Made by a program: the position numbers and the translations under genes | Source of the DNA: Candidatus Dojkabacteria bacterium | GTDB taxonomy: Bacteria; Patescibacteriota; Dojkabacteria; SC72; JAHDCA01 | Assembly (NCBI GenBank): GCA_030583845.1 | Contig: CP129478.1 | Span: forward strand, 843,686-907,685 | Direction of reading: 5' to 3' | DNA: 64,000 nucleotides | Part shown: positions 8,234-16,738 of the stretch, piece by piece | Layout: each line of letters begins with the position of its first letter | How positions within the stretch are numbered: the stretch's first letter is position 1 | Notes under the pieces: generated by a model | Databases searched by the model: none | Told to the model about the DNA's origin: nothing | Seen by the model: the letters and a program-made list of their open reading frames with translations, nothing else

Positions 8234-9127
8234 ATGGTTAAGAAATCTCGATATTACAAGAATGCTGAAGGTGGCGAAATAATTTCGCTGGTTGACCCAT
8301 TTAATGAAATTGTTAAAGATGGCGAGGTCGATTCATCGGGTGTGAGACTTAATCAGGGCGGAAAGTTAATGCAGCTCAACTATGGGCAGATTGTGCTGAT
8401 AAAGAAATTAAAGCTTCGTGAATTTCTCATTAACCACCATGATGAAGAGTGTATAGCCGTAACCATGATAGGAAACAATCTTCGCATTACCTATGACCAG
8501 CAGTGGGGCACGTCGCAATATGCCACTGTAGCGCAACAGGAATGGGGTAGGGCAGCTGCAAATAAGAAAGTCGCATCAATTGGCAGCTACTACTCACCAG
8601 AAGCGCTAGTCGAGTACGCTCATGCATCCAACGTTCGCAATATCTTCTTTATGGGGTTTGAACCCACAAGCTGTTGGGACTATGTCTCGGATGTCTCAGA
8701 AGTAGCTAAAGATAAGGAATTAAAAGTTGGAGTGATCACGCATGGCTATTTCTCGGAAATGGTCTGCAGGGAAATGACCACACAGCTCAGTTATATTGTG
8801 TATCAGCTCGACTCGCTCCAATCCTTTTTCATGAAAAAGCATCTTAAAGCCAACCTAGAAATCATAACATCGAACATAGAGCGTAGCTTCAAGTCAATCG
8901 CTCATCTAGAGCTCTCAACCTATTTTATTCCTGGAGAAAATGACACCATGCATGATATAAAGCTCTTCATAAAAGTCATTAAATCACTGGACAAGAAGGT
9001 GTCGTGGCAGCTTAGGCGATTCTTGCCAGAGTACCGCGTGCTGGATAAGCCTGTCACGTCGGATGAAAAACTTCGTCAGATATGTGAAGCAGCTCGTGCC
9101 GAGGGAATTGATGTTAAGGTAGTGTAA
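8234..9127 (+). CDS. AmmeMemoRadiSam-type (PflA-like) radical-SAM homologue lacking the CxxxCxxC cysteines (putative pseudoenzyme)
   Basis: Family-like blocks SRYYKNAEGG (ARYYEKLEDG), FMGFEPT (FTYNEPT) and a PFL-AE-like C-terminus RRFLPEYRVLDKPVTS...EGIDVKVV. The cluster motif GCNLRCxYCQNW reads GNNLRITYDQQW, so all three Cys are absent. Confidence 0.55.
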   Translation: MVKKSRYYKNAEGGEIISLVDPFNEIVKDGEVDSSGVRLNQGGKLMQLNYGQIVLIKKLKLREFLINHHDEECIAVTMIGNNLRITYDQQWGTSQYATVAQQEWGRAAANKKVASIGSYYSPEALVEYAHASNVRNIFFMGFEPTSCWDYVSDVSEVAKDKELKVGVITHGYFSEMVCREMTTQLSYIVYQLDSLQSFFMKKHLKANLEIITSNIERSFKSIAHLELSTYFIPGENDTMHDIKLFIKVIKSLDKKVSWQLRRFLPEYRVLDKPVTSDEKLRQICEAARAEGIDVKVV

Positions 9128-9202
9128 AGAGCAATTTTGATTCACACTCTACCATGGTGTACCCTATAAGGTAAGGAAGCTAAATTTTAATATTTTCACA
9201 CC

Positions 9203-9616
9203 ATGGACGATCGCATCAAGATTACATTTAACAATATGGAGCCGTCGGACGCCCTCAAAGAGTACCTAAATGAGAAGATATTAAAGCATAAGAGTGAGCA
9301 TCTCTTAGAGAAAATGACCATGGCAGAAGTGCATCTGACCGAGAATGTGCATGCAAAGGGTGTTGATAAGGACTTTCAGCTAGATATCAATGTTGATGTC
9401 CCTGGAAATAGAGTCCATGTAGAAGCAGCTGGAAGCGACATGTATGCGTTAGTTGATGAGGCAACGGATAAGCTTTTCAGAGTGTTGCAGAAAAATAACG
9501 ATAAACAGAAGAAGAGTGAAGGCTCGACACCTTGGAGGGTGTTAGAAGCAGAAGCAGCTGCAGAAGCGATGAAGGCTGATGTTGACGACGATGATGAATA
9601 TGCTGGTGTCGAATAG
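9203..9616 (+). CDS. hpf: ribosome hibernation promoting factor (HPF/RaiA, S30EA family)
   Basis: IKITFNNMEPSDALKEYLNEKI...HVEAAGSDMYALVDEATDKLFRVLQK matches the HPF/YfiA fold. Acidic C-terminal tail. Confidence 0.75.
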   Translation: MDDRIKITFNNMEPSDALKEYLNEKILKHKSEHLLEKMTMAEVHLTENVHAKGVDKDFQLDINVDVPGNRVHVEAAGSDMYALVDEATDKLFRVLQKNNDKQKKSEGSTPWRVLEAEAAAEAMKADVDDDDEYAGVE

Positions 9617-9630
9617 CTTATAAAACAGAA

Positions 9631-9667
9631 CCCCGCTATCCGTAGCTTTAGCGAAGGATAGCGGGGT
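9631..9667. terminator. hairpin terminator between convergent genes (11-bp stem CCCCGCTATCC/GGATAGCGGGG)
   Basis: Perfect 11-bp inverted repeat with a 15-nt loop. A T-rich tract follows on the minus-strand sense, so it likely terminates the 9688-10572 gene and perhaps hpf. Confidence 0.55.
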
Positions 9668-9687
9668 GATTACCTAGATAAGCTATT

Positions 9688-10572
9688 TTAGCTTCTGTTC
9701 TGGAACTCTTCCCAGATCGAGCCCAAAATATCTCTTGTAGTCTTTAGAACCCCATAGCTGACATCTGTATCCTCAGCATAGTTATTCTTTACAGTTACCT
9801 TGGCTAGCTCTGCCTCATACCAGTCGTTAAAGCTGTCGCTAAGCTTCTGGTTTCGGTACAGCTCATTAAGCTGCTCCTTGTCGACATCTTCATATGAAGT
9901 TTCTTCCGTGAAGTATACCTGCTTATATTGCTCAAAGTATGCCATTAGTTCTTCATCTGAAGGATCTTCAACAAGAAGCTTCTTCTTCAATAGATCATAA
10001 TGAGTCTGCTGTCTGAAAACTGCGTCAGTCCAGCTATATGCCTCGAGTGCGCTGAGGTAAGCCTCCTCACCACCCAATTCCTCTTTAGCCTTCTCTACGA
10101 CTTCGTCTACTTCATCGTCAGAGACTGATACACCTTTCTCTTTGGCTGCTCGATTGACGATCTCCTCCTCTAGGAGTTTCTCTGTCATTTTTACGCCAAA
10201 CTGCTCTTCAAGTCTTGTATACATCTCCTCTTTGGAAACTCTAGCTGTATAGCCTTCTCCATAGATCACTCCTGCGCTATATCCCTTGTTGAGGTACTGC
10301 ACAAAGTAATCAATCATCACAAATGAGAGAACAAGTAGAAGTGTCCATCCCGCGATTGATATGACCATTCTCTTGTTCACCTTTGAGAATCGATTGCTCA
10401 CAGATGATGTAACTGATGACATGCCTGCTTTTGCAGCTGTATCTGGCTTAGTAGTTGCCTTTTTCGGCTTTGAAGCGGCTACTTCCACTTTCTCTTTTGA
10501 AGCTGCGGCACTGCTGCTTGATCTAGATCGCGCTCTTCGTGCTGGGCTCTTTCGACTGCTTTTCTCTGCCAT
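9688..10572 (-). CDS. membrane-anchored SurA-N/PpiD-like periplasmic chaperone-domain protein
   Basis: Basic Ser/Ala-rich N-terminus, one TM helix, then an acidic helical domain resembling SurA N-terminal/PpiD chaperone modules. No PPIase motif seen. Confidence 0.35.
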   Translation of the reverse strand: MAEKSSRKSPARRARSRSSSSAAASKEKVEVAASKPKKATTKPDTAAKAGMSSVTSSVSNRFSKVNKRMVISIAGWTLLLVLSFVMIDYFVQYLNKGYSAGVIYGEGYTARVSKEEMYTRLEEQFGVKMTEKLLEEEIVNRAAKEKGVSVSDDEVDEVVEKAKEELGGEEAYLSALEAYSWTDAVFRQQTHYDLLKKKLLVEDPSDEELMAYFEQYKQVYFTEETSYEDVDKEQLNELYRNQKLSDSFNDWYEAELAKVTVKNNYAEDTDVSYGVLKTTRDILGSIWEEFQNRS

Positions 10573-10721
10573 TTTAAACGGATTGATAAAAATAATTTAA
10601 AACTCTCGGGACAGTGTAACAGAAAGCTGCACTGTCTTAAAGCATGTCAATACTTTCCCTTAATAAAGCGTTAGCCTCGAGTAGAACTGACTCTACTAGG
10701 GTAATACAATATCAGGAAAAA

Positions 10722-12095
10722 CTATCTCAAGTGCAGGTAAAGTGAGAGGTCGCCTCCACCATGGTCGACGATAGCATATTTCCCACCACACATATCTACC
10801 CTTACCCCTGTGAACATTCCCGCCTTGACTGCTCGTACAGGGGCTCCCTCACCCCTCATATTGTAATGTATAGGATTACCGCTTGAATTGGTCGCAGGAA
10901 CACATGTGCCGAAACAGCATACTTGGCCCGGCTGGACAGTATAAGTGGCCCCGCTTTGGTCGCCATATGTGCGACTTTGTAAATCAATTGAGTACCAGTT
11001 CTGAAGTGAGAGATGGAAGCCTTGAGTCAAGACTCCTCCATCTAGCGGTGCCCTCAATGTCCCACTCGTGACTGGCTGGTATAAGACCCCACCGTTAAGT
11101 CTGCCCTGTTGGAAAGGGTGTCGTGAGTATTCAAAGTGTAGGTGCGAGCCGTAGGCGAACCCTGTGTGCCCTTGAAAGCCAACTATGTCTCCCTGCTCGA
11201 CAGGTGTATTGGCTGGAAGCTGTCCCGACTGGTAAGCCTCTAAAATCAATTGGGTTACCCTCCTTGTAATACCATCTGCAAGACCTTGGAGTTCAGACAA
11301 GCTTGCGAGATACTGCTCCTCCCGCAATCGAGATTCAGCAAGTAGTCCTTGTTGTGTAGTCTTTTCAGCGTTCAGGTTGTTGCGTTCTTCGCTCAGGGAG
11401 ATTTTCTTAAGCTCAATCTCATCTCGCTTCTCCTCTAGCTCGACCTCTTTATTAGCCAGCACTTCTTTTTTCTCCGTCAATATAGCAATCTGCTCACTCA
11501 TTCCCTCTAGCATCTCTTTATCTTTCTCCTTTGTGTATTGGAGATACTTAAGCTTTCGCGATATGTCGTCTAAATTGGGGGTAGAGAAAATAATTTCAAC
11601 AGGGGAGTAAGAGGAGTATTTGTATGAGAATCTGACACGCTTCTTTATGCTATTTTGGAGCTTGTTTACCTCTTGTGACGCTGTATTAATGCTCTCTCCT
11701 AGCTCTCTTATATCCCGATCCAAGATCTGAAGCTCCAGGTTGTTCTTCTGAATATCAGCCTCCATCGCCTCTATGCTTTTCTCTGTAGCAGCTACTTTAT
11801 TATTGTAGTAGGCGATCTTGCCGCTCAAGCTGAGCTGATCGTAGTTTTCTTTTGAAAGCTTGGAATTAAGCGCGCTTCTTTCTTGTCCGATCATCGCAAT
11901 CTGCTGCTGTAGGAAATCAATACATTCAAACTCATCCATCTCTGGGGGACATGTTGTCTCGTATGCGGAGGCTTTATTAATGAATGTGTGCCCACCCGAG
12001 ATTGCGGCTGCATATCCGACAATCAGTATGAGCACAAATATCGCTTTGAAAATAGTGGAGATAGTAGATGATCCGATGGTTAGCCTGAGACTCAT
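10722..12095 (-). CDS. M23/LytM-domain protein with N-terminal TM and long coiled coil (EnvC-like FtsEX partner); motif order atypical
   Basis: Coiled-coil heptads followed by GFQGHTGFAYGSHLHFE (LytM HxH block). The extreme C-terminus ends in VRAVKAGMFTGVRVDMCGGKYAIVDHGGGDLSLYLHL, which is normally the first half of the domain. Directly downstream of ftsX. Confidence 0.6.
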   Translation of the reverse strand: MSLRLTIGSSTISTIFKAIFVLILIVGYAAAISGGHTFINKASAYETTCPPEMDEFECIDFLQQQIAMIGQERSALNSKLSKENYDQLSLSGKIAYYNNKVAATEKSIEAMEADIQKNNLELQILDRDIRELGESINTASQEVNKLQNSIKKRVRFSYKYSSYSPVEIIFSTPNLDDISRKLKYLQYTKEKDKEMLEGMSEQIAILTEKKEVLANKEVELEEKRDEIELKKISLSEERNNLNAEKTTQQGLLAESRLREEQYLASLSELQGLADGITRRVTQLILEAYQSGQLPANTPVEQGDIVGFQGHTGFAYGSHLHFEYSRHPFQQGRLNGGVLYQPVTSGTLRAPLDGGVLTQGFHLSLQNWYSIDLQSRTYGDQSGATYTVQPGQVCCFGTCVPATNSSGNPIHYNMRGEGAPVRAVKAGMFTGVRVDMCGGKYAIVDHGGGDLSLYLHLR

Positions 12096-12101
12096 GATTA
12101 T

Positions 12102-13043
12102 TTATTTCTCTTTTAGCTTAAGATACTTGGCCGTAGCAATGTAGCTGCTTATGAAACCAATGATCCCACCTATCAAAATCAGTATACCATAGAAAATTAA
12201 GACGAATATAAGGTTAAACTGCCCTAGCCCTTGGAGAGAGAGGTAACTCAACGTATCTGTGATGACGAAATAAAAGTTGCTTCCCTCAGCCGTGTACATA
12301 AAGAGATACCACGGAATGATGATAAGGGAGGCTGCTATAAATGCGCCTACAACAGTCGCAAATACACCCTCTAAAATAAATGGAGTCTTCACATATGAGT
12401 CTGAGCTTCCCACAAGGTGCATGATCTGAATCTCGCTCTTATGAGCAGTGATATTGAATGAGACTGTGATAATCACCAGCGCAAGTGTGATAAATGTAAA
12501 CAACCCAATTACGGCGAGTCCACCCACTGTGATTGCCTTAGAGATCATTTTGAGCTGGTTTACGACATCTTCATGATAAAGAACATCGTCAATATAAGGG
12601 TTTGTTTTGCTTTCTTCTTTGATTACCGCTGTAATATTGTCCAAGTCGGTTAATGTCTCTGCCCGCACAGTGAGGCTGGCTGGAAGCCACTCTGAGTCAA
12701 CACCCTCTGTCAGATCCTCTTCCTCTGAATAGTAGCTGATATAGTACTTGAGAGCCTTCTGCTGATCGATATACTCAATCTTTTCGATCTGTCCTGCGCT
12801 TTTGACAAGCTCCTCGACGGCAAAGATTTCTGATTCGGGAGCGTCTAATACAAAATAGATCTGCATCTGAGCCTCTTTCTCGGTCACATCCACTGCTCTT
12901 CGTGCAAGTAGCGCAGCAATGGTGAAGATTGCTGCACTGGCAAAGACAATTGTAGTAACAAGAATTGTGGCCATCGAGAGCCATTTATTTCTTAGGATAT
13001 TGTTCTTTGTATTCTTAAATGTAGTAGAGAGTTTGTTCGACAT
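12102..13043 (-). CDS. ftsX: cell division permease-like protein FtsX
   Basis: N-terminal TM, a periplasmic loop domain and three C-terminal TM helices. Sits directly after ftsE. Confidence 0.8.
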   Translation of the reverse strand: MSNKLSTTFKNTKNNILRNKWLSMATILVTTIVFASAAIFTIAALLARRAVDVTEKEAQMQIYFVLDAPESEIFAVEELVKSAGQIEKIEYIDQQKALKYYISYYSEEEDLTEGVDSEWLPASLTVRAETLTDLDNITAVIKEESKTNPYIDDVLYHEDVVNQLKMISKAITVGGLAVIGLFTFITLALVIITVSFNITAHKSEIQIMHLVGSSDSYVKTPFILEGVFATVVGAFIAASLIIIPWYLFMYTAEGSNFYFVITDTLSYLSLQGLGQFNLIFVLIFYGILILIGGIIGFISSYIATAKYLKLKEK

Positions 13044-13060
13044 GATCGAGCAGTTTGAAT

Positions 13061-13753
13061 TTATTCGCGATACCCACCAACATAATCACCAGCGATTTTA
13101 CCTTTGTCCATATGGATAACGCGGGTTTTCATCGCATCTACAATGTCTCTGTCGTGGGTTACAATCATTACTGTAGTTCCCCATGAGTTTACCGTTTTTA
13201 AAATCTCAAGGATCTCAAATGAAGTGTCTGGATCAAGGTTGCCAGTCGGCTCGTCAGCGATCAGTAGCTTCGGATCATTAGCCAACGCCCTTGCGATCGC
13301 AGTTCTTTGCCTCTCTCCGCCTGACAGATCTTCAGGGAATAGATTTGCCCTGTCTTGCAGCTTAACAACTTCAAGCAAGTAATCGGTAGTGTCGGTCACC
13401 TCCTTACGATCTTTGCCAAGAATCTCGAGTGCGAAGCTTACATTTTCACGAATTGTCTTAGATGGAATAAGCTTCAGGTCCTGGAAGACAATTCCGAGCT
13501 GCTGCCTATAGATCGAAAGCATCTTGCGCGGGATCTTCGTAACTGCAATGTCTTCAAATGCTATGTCACCAGTTGTTGGCAATTCTTGCCTGATAAGCAG
13601 GCGGATAATGGTTGACTTGCCTGCACCTGAGGTACCTACAACAAAGAAAAACTCACCTTCGTCAACATTAAAGGTAACGTCATCGAGTGCGTTTATACTT
13701 CCTTTGTATACCTTGCTGACTTTGTCAAACTTAATAATTTGAGGCTTGCTCAC
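13061..13753 (-). CDS. ftsE: cell division ATP-binding protein FtsE (ABC ATPase)
   Basis: Walker A GTSGAGKST, ABC signature LSGGERQR and Walker B LLIADEPTGNLD. Confidence 0.9.
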   Translation of the reverse strand: MSKPQIIKFDKVSKVYKGSINALDDVTFNVDEGEFFFVVGTSGAGKSTIIRLLIRQELPTTGDIAFEDIAVTKIPRKMLSIYRQQLGIVFQDLKLIPSKTIRENVSFALEILGKDRKEVTDTTDYLLEVVKLQDRANLFPEDLSGGERQRTAIARALANDPKLLIADEPTGNLDPDTSFEILEILKTVNSWGTTVMIVTHDRDIVDAMKTRVIHMDKGKIAGDYVGGYRE

Positions 13754-13784
13754 ATCTACTATCTAAGAATTGAATCAGTCTATA

Positions 13785-14864
13785 TTACATGATTCTGATT
13801 TCTGCTTCAACGAATTGATCAAGATCGCCATCAAGTACGTTCTCTGGGTCGTTCCTCTCGACTCCAGTGCGCAGGTCTTTGACCAATTTATATGGATGCA
13901 GCACATAATTTCGGATCTGGTTGCCCCATCCGGCAATCTTATGGTCGCCTTTAATCTGTCTTAACTCTTTCTCTTTTTTCTCTTCTTCTAGCTGCCAAAG
14001 CTTGGCGCGCAAGATCCTCATCGCTGCTTCGCGATTCTGTGCTTGGCTACGCTGCTCGGAATTATGCACTGTGATCCCAGTAGGTATGTGACGAAGCTGG
14101 ATTGCAGAAGATGTTTTATTTACATGCTGTCCACCAGGTCCACCTGATTTCACTGCTTTGATCTCGAGATCATTTTCATTAATTTTTATCTCATCGTTAT
14201 CTTCTATAACTGGAGTTACCTCGACTCCAGCAAATGATGTCTGCCTCAAATTTTGTGAGTTGAAAGGTGATAGACGAACCAATCGATGGGTACCTGTCTC
14301 TCGTTTTAATTTCCCGAAAGCAAACTGCCCAGAAATTAGCATTGTCACTGTCGAAATTCCTGTCTCGGTCCCGCGGACGACGTGCTCAATCTGGCAGCTC
14401 CAGCCGGATCGCTCGGCATATCTCTGGTACATCCTCATCAGCATGTCTGCCCAATCGTTCGCCTCGGTGCCGCCTTGTCCGGAGTGGATCGAGAGGATAG
14501 CATCGCTGTTATCATATTTTCCTGAGAGAAACTTAAATGTCTGGAATCTTCTAAACTTTTCTTCAATTTCATTAAATTCTAATGAAATCGCCTCTAATTC
14601 AGCGTCACTCGAAATATTAAAAAGCTCAAGCAGCGAAGATGCAGATTTCTGAATCTCATCGGCAGTTGTTAATTCGCTCTTTATCGAGTCAATTTCAGAG
14701 AGGACTTTCTTCGCCGTTTCAGGAGTTGACCAGAAGTCAGGAGCCATAGCTTTTGTCTCAAGCTCGCCAAGCTTCCCCTTCTTCTCTTCGATTTTTAGAT
14801 CGTCGACTGTTTCAGCTACCTCGCTGATCAGCCTTTCTATGTCGACTTTGCTAATCATTTCCAT
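13785..14864 (-). CDS. prfB: peptide chain release factor 2
   Basis: GGQ motif (SGGPGGQHVNKT) and the RF2-specific SPF motif. 359 aa in a single frame, so no programmed +1 frameshift. Confidence 0.9.
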   Translation of the reverse strand: MEMISKVDIERLISEVAETVDDLKIEEKKGKLGELETKAMAPDFWSTPETAKKVLSEIDSIKSELTTADEIQKSASSLLELFNISSDAELEAISLEFNEIEEKFRRFQTFKFLSGKYDNSDAILSIHSGQGGTEANDWADMLMRMYQRYAERSGWSCQIEHVVRGTETGISTVTMLISGQFAFGKLKRETGTHRLVRLSPFNSQNLRQTSFAGVEVTPVIEDNDEIKINENDLEIKAVKSGGPGGQHVNKTSSAIQLRHIPTGITVHNSEQRSQAQNREAAMRILRAKLWQLEEEKKEKELRQIKGDHKIAGWGNQIRNYVLHPYKLVKDLRTGVERNDPENVLDGDLDQFVEAEIRIM

Positions 14865-14881
14865 TAGGCTATTATATTACC

Positions 14882-16540
14882 ATGTTCGACCTATTTTCCA
14901 GGAAGAAAGAAGAAAATCTGCCTACTTCCGCGCTCAATATCCGGAAAGAACTTGTCACTTTAATCATTCTTGATGGTCTAGGAATTCATCCTGACCCGCT
15001 CGGCAACTCTGTGCTTCAAGCCAAAACGCCATTTCTCGACACAATCTGGACGAAAGGGCATTCGACACTTCTACACGCTTCTGGTGTGCATGTAGGGCTG
15101 CCAGAACTTGAGCCTGGCAACTCAGAAGTGGGTCACCTAAATATTGGCTCGGGGCAGATTGTTTACCAAAGTCTTCCGAGAATTAATGACGCGATTAGCA
15201 ATGGTAAATTTCAAGAAAATCCGGAATTAAAGGCAGCTCTAGACTATGCCAAAGAGAACGGTGTTGATTTTCACATGATGGGCATTCTCAGCACAGGTGG
15301 TGTACACGGCCATATCGACCACCTCTTTGCGCTTCTAGATATATGCAAGAGAGAAGGGATCAATCCGTATATCCATGCCTTCCTCGACGGGCGTGATACA
15401 GGCCTGACAGACGGCTACTATTTCCTTAGCAAGCTTATAAATAGGATTAATGAAGTTGGAGTAGGGCGGCTGGCATCATTGTCAGGGAGGTTTTATGCAA
15501 TGGATCGTGATAAGAGGTGGGATAGGACAGAGATGGCATATGATGCGATGCTTGGTCACGGTAGGCGAATAGCTACCGATCCATTCCAGATAGTGCAGGA
15601 GGCATACAAGAATGATGAGAACGACCAGATTTTTGTGCCTACAACCTTGGTAGATAAAGAGGGTGAGCCGATCGGTGCAATCAAGGACCGCGATGTGTTG
15701 CTTTTCTACAATTTCCGTGAAGATAGGGCCAGGCAGATAACCAAAGCATTTGTGATTGATGAGGCCAATTTCGATGGCTTTAAGAGGAAGGTGTTCCATA
15801 AAGATCTTTATTACCTCGCAATGACCGGTTATGGCGATGGACTGGACAATCATGTGATCTTCCCGCCGAAAAAGATCGAGGCCTCACTTGCCCGAGTGAT
15901 AGCCAATCAGGGATGGAATCAGTTCCATATATCCGAGACAGAGAAATTCATGCACGTTACATATTTCTTAAATGGCGGTATCGAAGAGCCTCATCCAGGT
16001 GAGGAGTTCTTCAGTGTCCCATCTCCGAAGGTATTCGATTATTCGCAAACTCCCGAAATGAGCGCTGCTATTACCCGCGATGAGTTGGTAAAACGGATAA
16101 ATAACAATGCCGAAAACAGGTACGCATTCACAGTCATAAATATTGTAAATCCAGATATGCTTGGACACACAGGTAATCTACAGGCAGCGGTCACCGGAAA
16201 TCAATTTGTCGATGATTGCGTTCGGGATATTGTTACCGCGACAGTTAAGCACAATGGCGCTGCGATTATAATTGCCGACCACGGAAATTGTGAGACGATG
16301 ATCGATCGTGAGACTGGGAAGATAGATACATATCACAATATCAACCCTGTACCATTTATCCTTGTGGACAATGAGGAGCAACTTCTAGCTGGTGTAAATG
16401 AGACACCGATCAGGCTTGGTGAGGGGCGCGACGTGCCAACCTCAGGATTGCTAGCCGATGTCGCTCCGACAATCTTGGCAATTTTGGGAGTTGAGCCACC
16501 AGAAGAGATGACAGGCCTCAATCTGATGAATGTCTTGTAA
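14882..16540 (+). CDS. gpmI: 2,3-bisphosphoglycerate-independent phosphoglycerate mutase
   Basis: Matches iPGM signature blocks LIILDGLGI, GNSEVGHLNIGSG and ADHGN throughout. Confidence 0.9.
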   Translation: MFDLFSRKKEENLPTSALNIRKELVTLIILDGLGIHPDPLGNSVLQAKTPFLDTIWTKGHSTLLHASGVHVGLPELEPGNSEVGHLNIGSGQIVYQSLPRINDAISNGKFQENPELKAALDYAKENGVDFHMMGILSTGGVHGHIDHLFALLDICKREGINPYIHAFLDGRDTGLTDGYYFLSKLINRINEVGVGRLASLSGRFYAMDRDKRWDRTEMAYDAMLGHGRRIATDPFQIVQEAYKNDENDQIFVPTTLVDKEGEPIGAIKDRDVLLFYNFREDRARQITKAFVIDEANFDGFKRKVFHKDLYYLAMTGYGDGLDNHVIFPPKKIEASLARVIANQGWNQFHISETEKFMHVTYFLNGGIEEPHPGEEFFSVPSPKVFDYSQTPEMSAAITRDELVKRINNNAENRYAFTVINIVNPDMLGHTGNLQAAVTGNQFVDDCVRDIVTATVKHNGAAIIIADHGNCETMIDRETGKIDTYHNINPVPFILVDNEEQLLAGVNETPIRLGEGRDVPTSGLLADVAPTILAILGVEPPEEMTGLNLMNVL

Positions 16541-16662
16541 GAATTTCACTCTGTGCAATTTGCGAGTGCAGCAAAGCCTGATGTATAATGGTTTGATTAA
16601 ATTTTGCTCTAGAAAGTGTGTCTCAATACGCATTTAGGACAAGGAAAACAGTCTTATTGCGA

Positions 16663-16688
16663 CTAGCAGGCTACAACTGCTAGGTTTT
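16663..16688 (+). terminator. terminator-like hairpin (CTAGCAG-N7-CTGCTAG) plus GTTTT in the 5' leader of the ABC-F gene; candidate attenuator
   Basis: Seen directly, ~55 nt upstream of the ABC-F start codon in a ~200-nt leader. Confidence 0.35.
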
Positions 16689-16738
16689 AACGCGCCCGCA
16701 TACTGGGTAATAGGGCTACCCACCTAACTTGTTAAGAT

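Noticed and set aside
9641-9656. 16-nt identity CGTAGCTTTAGCGAAG between the hpf terminator loop (9641-9656) and the tRNA-Phe/tRNA-Gly spacer (25179-25194)
   Set aside because: Not palindromic, single extra copy. About one chance 16-mer match is expected in a 64-kb window considering both strands.
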